A stretch of DNA of 64,000 nt from an uncultured Anaerolineales bacterium (GTDB taxonomy: Bacteria; Chloroflexota; Anaerolineae; Anaerolineales; UBA4823). Each line of letters starts with the position of its first letter. Position 1 is the stretch's first letter. The position numbers and the translations under genes were made by a program. The stretch is taken from contig CALFWB010000040.1 in assembly GCA_937928795.1 (NCBI GenBank), forward strand, positions 98,496-162,495, given 5' to 3'. This document shows, one piece after another, positions 58,850 to 64,000 of the stretch. The notes below the pieces were generated by a model, which saw only the letters and a program-made list of their open reading frames with translations, was not told the origin of the DNA and ran no database searches.

Positions 58850-60424
58850 ATGAGCTTAGCCGAGAGGAAATACGTTTACTTTGTCGTGTTCATAACCGGG
58901 ATGACCGCTCTTGCCGTTGAAATGAGCGCTTCTCGTTTGATCGGCAATGTGTATGGGAATAGCAACCTAGTTTGGGCTTCGATTATCGGGTTAATTTTGA
59001 TCTTTTTGGCGGCCGGCTATTTTGTCGGTGGTAACTTCGCCGATCGTTTTCCTTCTCTCACTTTCATGTACCAACTCTTGGGGTGGGGAGGGTTCACCAC
59101 CGGTTTGATTCCGCTTGTTTCTCAACCCATCCTGCATCTTGCTTCGCAAGCATTTGATGAACTGAATATTGGTATTTTGTTCGGGTCGTTTAGTGTCGTG
59201 TTGATTTTGTTCAGTATTCCTGTGACCTTGTTAGGCACCATCTCACCTTTTGCCATCCGTTTACTTGTCGAGGATCGGACTTCGTCGGGGAAAACCGCAG
59301 GTCGCCTTTATGCGCTTTCAACCTTGGGCTCGTTTCTCGGTGCTTTTTTGCCCGTTTTGGTTTTGATTCCGCTAATCGGCACTTATCGCACATTCTATCT
59401 TTTGGGGTTCTTGGTTTGTGTGACCTGTTTGGTTGGAGCATGGAAACAAGGTGCAAAACTCAAATGGATGTTTGGTGGAATGTCTCTCTTTTTGCTTGTT
59501 TGCCTGATCTTTCTAGGCGGAAAGCCGCTCAAGAACAGTGTGGGTCAAATTTTCGAAGGTGAATCGGCTTACAACTACATTCAAGTATTGGAAAATGACG
59601 GCTATCGTTATTTGCGTTTGAACGAGGGGCAAGGGATTCATTCGATCTGGCATGAACGAGAATTATTCTACGGCGGACCGTGGGAGCAGTTTCTTGCTGC
59701 GCCGTTTTTCAACCTTGCTCCGAATGGGGGAATTTATGAGTTATCCAATGTCAAGCGGATAGCCATTATCGGCTTGGCAGCGGGGACAACCGCCCGGCAA
59801 GCAACCGCTGTGTTTGGTGAGATTCCCATTGATGGATACGAGATTGACCCTGAAATTATCCAGATTGGTGAACGTTATTTTGGCATGAACCTTTCCAATC
59901 TAAATGCCATTGCCCAAGACGGTCGCTGGGGAATTGCCCACAGCCCGCACCGCTATCAATTGATCGCAGTGGATGCATATCGCCCGCCGTATATCCCTTG
60001 GCACTTGACCACGCTAGAATTTTTCCAACTGCTGTCTGACCACTTAACCGCAGATGGCGTCGTTGCCGTCAATGTCGGGCGGGCGCCGGGCGATCGGCGA
60101 TTGATTGATGGCTTTGTTGGCACCTTAGGCTCGGTCTTTCCCTCCATCTATGTGATGGATTTACCGGGCACCTTCAATTCGATCATCTATGCGACCAAAG
60201 CGCCAACCCGCGTGGAAAATTTTTATCAAAATCTACTGGCTTTCTATCAGCGCCAAGACATCCATCCCTTACTGATCGAGGTGATGCAGCGCTTTGTCCT
60301 ATATCAACAAGCCCTTCCTCAAGCCGAGATCGTTTTTACGGATGATCGGGCGCCGATTGAATGGATGACCAATCAACTCATGTTGCGTTTTTTATTTTCC
60401 GGAGAAGTGGAGAAGTTGCAATGA
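58850..60424 (+). CDS. Membrane (MFS-like) domain fused to a spermidine-synthase-like SAM-binding domain
   Basis: About seven TM helices, then IIGLAAGT, YEIDPEI, DGRWG and AVDAY. Confidence 0.88.
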   Translation: MSLAERKYVYFVVFITGMTALAVEMSASRLIGNVYGNSNLVWASIIGLILIFLAAGYFVGGNFADRFPSLTFMYQLLGWGGFTTGLIPLVSQPILHLASQAFDELNIGILFGSFSVVLILFSIPVTLLGTISPFAIRLLVEDRTSSGKTAGRLYALSTLGSFLGAFLPVLVLIPLIGTYRTFYLLGFLVCVTCLVGAWKQGAKLKWMFGGMSLFLLVCLIFLGGKPLKNSVGQIFEGESAYNYIQVLENDGYRYLRLNEGQGIHSIWHERELFYGGPWEQFLAAPFFNLAPNGGIYELSNVKRIAIIGLAAGTTARQATAVFGEIPIDGYEIDPEIIQIGERYFGMNLSNLNAIAQDGRWGIAHSPHRYQLIAVDAYRPPYIPWHLTTLEFFQLLSDHLTADGVVAVNVGRAPGDRRLIDGFVGTLGSVFPSIYVMDLPGTFNSIIYATKAPTRVENFYQNLLAFYQRQDIHPLLIEVMQRFVLYQQALPQAEIVFTDDRAPIEWMTNQLMLRFLFSGEVEKLQ

Positions 60425-61083
60425 AAAATCGGATGCTAAATTTAGCGTGGTGGATCATTTCGTTTTTTACGCCGGTTGTCCTCACCCTCACGGCGGTGCG
60501 CTTGCTGATGACGCCGCTCTTTTTGCTGGTCGAATATAACCTACCAGCCTTTCCGCCCGACCCCTACGGCTTTACGAAAGAGGAGCGCCTCTATTGGTCG
60601 GGAATTGCTTTGGAATATCTGCTGAACGATGCCGGCATCGAGTTTTTAGCCGACTTGCGCTTTGAGGATGGCAGCCCGGTTTATAACCAACGAGAATTGC
60701 GCCACATGGTTGACGTCAAAAACGTTGTTCAAGGGGCCTTACGCATCTGGTATGCATTGCTAGTCGTTTTCATCGGCGTCGGCTTTTTGGCATGGAGAGG
60801 CGGTCGCTGGTTGGAGTTTCGACTAGCTTTGCGGCGCGGTGGCTTATGGACGTTGATCTTGCTTGGGGGAATTCTGGTTTTTGTCTTGATCGGGTTTGGG
60901 GTCTTTTTTGTAGCTTTTCATAATGTCTTCTTTGAGCCGGGCACTTGGACATTTCTCTGGTCGGATACTCTGATTCGGTTGTTCCCGGAACGCTTCTGGC
61001 GGGATACTTTCTTATTTGTAGGCGGTATGGCTATGCTAGGGGGGGTATTGCTTTGGAAATGGAAAACGAGCCAACGGGAATAA
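60421..61083 (+). CDS. TIGR01906/DUF1461 membrane protein (lipoprotein intramolecular transacylase Lit-like)
   Basis: ELRHMVDVK and FHNVFF His motifs, W-x-F..D.LI.LFPE.FW. ATGA overlap with the upstream gene. Start reassigned to ATG 60421. Confidence 0.8.
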   Translation: MKNRMLNLAWWIISFFTPVVLTLTAVRLLMTPLFLLVEYNLPAFPPDPYGFTKEERLYWSGIALEYLLNDAGIEFLADLRFEDGSPVYNQRELRHMVDVKNVVQGALRIWYALLVVFIGVGFLAWRGGRWLEFRLALRRGGLWTLILLGGILVFVLIGFGVFFVAFHNVFFEPGTWTFLWSDTLIRLFPERFWRDTFLFVGGMAMLGGVLLWKWKTSQRE

Positions 61084-61117
61084 CCGCTTATTGCGCAACG
61101 GGCGGTTCTTAACCTCA

Positions 61118-61288
61118 TCATGAGTTCGGATTTGTCGTTTTGACGAGCGCAGCGAGGAATACGCACTTGTCATTTCGACCAGCGTGGCGAGGAGAAATCT
61201 CGTTTTTTCTGTTTGAGACCCAAAAGACTGCTCACTGCGCTCGAAGTGACACGCTAAGATGGTAAGCTTATCCCGAAACTCGGGCTAA
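61118..61288 (+). repeat. TGTCA-type palindromic MITE-like element (family 2), copy D
   Basis: GAGTTCGGATTTGTC...GACGAGCGCAGCGAGGA...GCTCGAAGTGACA...GGTAAGCTTATCCCGAAACTCGGG, lying between convergent genes. Confidence 0.85.
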
Positions 61289-61310
61289 GCCGCTCAAGGA
61301 ACCGAAATGA

Positions 61311-62075
61311 TTATGTTTTTGCTTTCCCTTGGGCAGCCACTGCTTCCGCCGCTTTGCGAACGGTCTCCTCGTCGGCTAAGTAATAATGGGTGATCGGTTT
61401 CAAGTCTTCGTCTAGCTCATAGACAAGCGGAATGCCGGTGGGGATGTTCAATTCGACAATATCTTCATCTGAAATATCGTCCAGATATTTGACAAGGGCG
61501 CGCAGGCTGTTCCCGTGAGCAGAAATTAAGACCCGTTTGCCACTTTGGATCGTCGGCGCAATGGTACTGAACCAATAGGGTAACATCCGATTGACGGTGT
61601 CCTTCAAGGATTCACAACTGGGAAGTTGTTCGCGAGTTAGGGAAGCGTAGCGGGGATCGAAACGGGGGTGACGTGGATCGTCCCAATCCAGAGCGGGGGG
61701 AGGTACGTCGTAGCTCCGCCGCCAAAGTTTAACCTGCGCTTCACCATATTTGACTGCCATCTCTGCTTTATTTAAACCTTGCAGCGCGCCATAATGACGT
61801 TCGTTGAGTTGCCAGGCGTTGATGATCGGCAACCATTCCAAATTCATCTCTTCGAGGATGATCCAGAGCGTCTTGATAGCTCTCTTGAGCACAGAGGTAA
61901 AAGCAATGTCAAATTGGTAGTTTTGTTCGCGTAACATCCTCCCGGAGTTGATCGCTTCTTGAACCCCTTGTTCGGTTAAGCCAACGTCGGTCCACCCGGT
62001 AAAACGATTCTCGAGATTCCAGATGCTTTGTCCGTGACGGACTAAAACAAGTTTATGAGCAGGCACTGTTGACAT
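61311..62075 (-). CDS. gpmA: 2,3-bisphosphoglycerate-dependent phosphoglycerate mutase
   Basis: [27 protein letters not shown] and NIPTG. Confidence 0.97.
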   Translation of the reverse strand: MSTVPAHKLVLVRHGQSIWNLENRFTGWTDVGLTEQGVQEAINSGRMLREQNYQFDIAFTSVLKRAIKTLWIILEEMNLEWLPIINAWQLNERHYGALQGLNKAEMAVKYGEAQVKLWRRSYDVPPPALDWDDPRHPRFDPRYASLTREQLPSCESLKDTVNRMLPYWFSTIAPTIQSGKRVLISAHGNSLRALVKYLDDISDEDIVELNIPTGIPLVYELDEDLKPITHYYLADEETVRKAAEAVAAQGKAKT

Positions 62076-62148
62076 GGATGCAAACTCCGATTCGTTGAGA
62101 TACGCTGAAGGTGAATCAGCGTTTTGATTCTATAGACTGTTTCGCATG

Positions 62149-63249
62149 TTAACGAACGGCAAGCTCGGTTGTTGGATCAAAGATATGCATATTTGCCATA
62201 TTGAAAACGACCTGAGTCCGTTCGTTGATGGTGTAGCGCGAGCGCGGGTCGACCCGAGCGATAAAGCTATGCTCGCCGCTCTTAAGATATACAAAGATTT
62301 CATTGCCCATCAATTCGGTCACATCAACTACAGCCTCGACCGGTTGGGCGATAATTCCCGGTGGGGCGAATTCGGGGTTATAAATGTCTTCGGGGCGGAT
62401 TCCCAGAATGACAGGTTTGTCAATATAGGGCGCATAGGCGTTATGACGCTCACTGGGGACCTCAACGGCAAAAGTTTTCCCATCCACATACATTTTGCCA
62501 TTGTCGCGGCGGATATGCGCAGGGAAGAAATTCATTGCAGGCGATCCGATGAAGCCAGCCACAAAGAGATTATTGGGTTTGTCGTATAGATTCTGCGGCG
62601 TGTCAATCTGTTGTAGAACGCCGAAGTTAATGACGGCTATTCGTGAAGCCATCGTCATCGCTTCGACTTGATCGTGCGTGACGTAGATGAAAGTCGTTTG
62701 AAGTTGAAGATGCAGTTTACTAATGTTCGCTCGCGTCTCCACGCGCAGTTTGGCATCTAAGTTGGAAAGAGGTTCATCAAAGAGAAAAACCTTAGGCTCG
62801 CGCACAATGGCTCGACCAACAGCTACTCTTTGGCGTTGTCCACCCGAAAGCTGGCGCGGACGGCGATTCAGCAAATCTTGAATGCCCAACAGTTCGGCTG
62901 CCTGCTGCACGCGGCGTTTGATTTCATCTTTGGGTACTTTGCGCAGCTTTAGGGCAAATGCCATGTTGTCGAAAACGGTCATGTGCGGGTAGAGGGCGTA
63001 CGATTGAAAGACCATTGCGATATCGCGGTCTTTAGGGGGAATATCATTGACGACCTGATCGCCGATCAAGATGCGCCCTGAGGTGACATCCTCCAAACCG
63101 GCTAGGCAGCGCAGTGCTGTAGATTTTCCGCAACCTGAGGGTCCCACCAAAACGAGAAACTCTTTATCCTCAATGTGAATGTTCAGGTCGTTGACTGCAA
63201 CGACATCGCCAAATTTTTTGGTGACGTGGTCAAAAGTGACGCTCGCCAT
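62149..63249 (-). CDS. Carbohydrate ABC transporter ATP-binding subunit (MsmX/MalK/UgpC type), stand-alone
   Basis: [34 protein letters not shown] and FIGSP. Start reassigned to ATG 63249. Confidence 0.95.
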   Translation of the reverse strand: MASVTFDHVTKKFGDVVAVNDLNIHIEDKEFLVLVGPSGCGKSTALRCLAGLEDVTSGRILIGDQVVNDIPPKDRDIAMVFQSYALYPHMTVFDNMAFALKLRKVPKDEIKRRVQQAAELLGIQDLLNRRPRQLSGGQRQRVAVGRAIVREPKVFLFDEPLSNLDAKLRVETRANISKLHLQLQTTFIYVTHDQVEAMTMASRIAVINFGVLQQIDTPQNLYDKPNNLFVAGFIGSPAMNFFPAHIRRDNGKMYVDGKTFAVEVPSERHNAYAPYIDKPVILGIRPEDIYNPEFAPPGIIAQPVEAVVDVTELMGNEIFVYLKSGEHSFIARVDPRSRYTINERTQVVFNMANMHIFDPTTELAVR

Positions 63250-63286
63250 GGGGTTTTTCTCCTTTCTTCTTGTGTATAGTGGCTGT

Positions 63287-63315
63287 ATTATAGCCTTACT
63301 TGGCAAAAAAGACAA
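63287..63315 (-). promoter_or_regulatory. sigma70-type promoter for the ABC ATPase gene
   Basis: TTGTCT-17 nt-TATAAT on the minus strand. Confidence 0.6.
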
Positions 63316-63338
63316 ATCTTTTTTGTCTTTCTGCTCTC

Positions 63339-63367
63339 TTGCCGAAAGTGTCATCACCCTTTAGAAT
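63339..63367 (+). promoter_or_regulatory. sigma70-type promoter for mutS
   Basis: TTGCCG-17 nt-TAGAAT, ending 6 nt before the mutS ATG. Confidence 0.65.
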
Positions 63368-63373
63368 GAAAGT

Positions 63374-64000
63374 ATGTCAAAGAACGATGAGATTTCTCCC
63401 ATCCGAAAGCAGTACTTGGAAATCAAAAAACAATACCCTCATGCGATTCTCTTCTTCCGCTTGGGCGATTTCTATGAGACTTTCGATGGAGACGCAGAGA
63501 TCACTTCGCGGGAACTCGACATCGTCTTGACTTCACGCAGCGTTGCTAAGGGAGTGCGTGTCCCGATGGCCGGTATCCCTTATCATGCCGTCGAAAATTA
63601 CTTAGCACGCTTGATCGAAAAAGGTTACCACGTTGCCATTTGCGAGCAAGTTGGTGACCAACCAAACCGCGGTCTATTCCAACGCCAGGTGGTTCGGGTG
63701 GTGACGCCCGGTACGGTCATTGAGCCCAACTTGTTACCCTCCCATTCGAACAATTATTTAGCCAGCGTTGCCGTTGACCCAGAAAACCGACGGGCTGGAA
63801 TTGCTTATGCTGACATCACCACCGGTGAGTTTCAAGTGGCTGAGTTTCACGGTGGGGACGTTTTGGGAGCTTTGCGGGCAGAGCTAAACCGTTTGCAGCC
63901 GGCTGAAACCCTCTGTGCAGAAACCTTGATCGATGATCTGGGTTTTGCGGGACATCGCACATCTCTGCCGAGTTGGCGATTTGAGCTTGGACGATGTGAA
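63374..64000 (+). CDS. mutS: DNA mismatch repair protein MutS, 3'-truncated by the window edge and absent from the ORF track
   Basis: Translated by hand: MSKNDEISPIRKQYLEIKKQYPHAILFFRLGDFYETF...PMAGIPYHA...YHVAICEQ...RQVVRVVTPGT. Confidence 0.95.
   Translation, partial: MSKNDEISPIRKQYLEIKKQYPHAILFFRLGDFYETFDGDAEITSRELDIVLTSRSVAKGVRVPMAGIPYHAVENYLARLIEKGYHVAICEQVGDQPNRGLFQRQVVRVVTPGTVIEPNLLPSHSNNYLASVAVDPENRRAGIAYADITTGEFQVAEFHGGDVLGALRAELNRLQPAETLCAETLIDDLGFAGHRTSLPSWRFELGRCE

Overview
A 64-kb bacterial chromosomal segment, about 50% GC by eye, made up mostly of housekeeping genes. Gene content and order suggest Chloroflexota, probably Anaerolineae (inference): rpmB-Asp23-DAK2-DegV-recG-coaD, alaS-baseplate-J-like-ruvX-mltG, several Ser/Thr kinases, and hsp20-lon. 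It holds about 55 CDS and two tRNAs (Arg-TCT, Val-TAC). I found no rRNA, CRISPR array, integrase, transposase or prophage. The most interesting signals are: (1) an unannotated 17-codon leader peptide with two Cys codons and a 1:2/2:3/3:4 alternative-pairing leader, between a near-consensus sigma70 promoter and cysE, a candidate cysteine-sensing attenuator; (2) three unusual fusion proteins: PHP + Schlafen/AlbA_2, MTA/SAH-deaminase-like + CYTH, and SHMT + degenerate GcvT-like repeat + GcvT; (3) a membrane-anchored baseplate-J-like gene inside the alaS-ruvX-mltG operon with no other phage genes; and (4) at least two families of palindromic, REP/MITE-like intergenic elements, stacked together at 15.5-15.9 kb and with one copy abutting the alaS promoter. 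All family calls come from motif recognition by eye. No database searches or folding computations were run.
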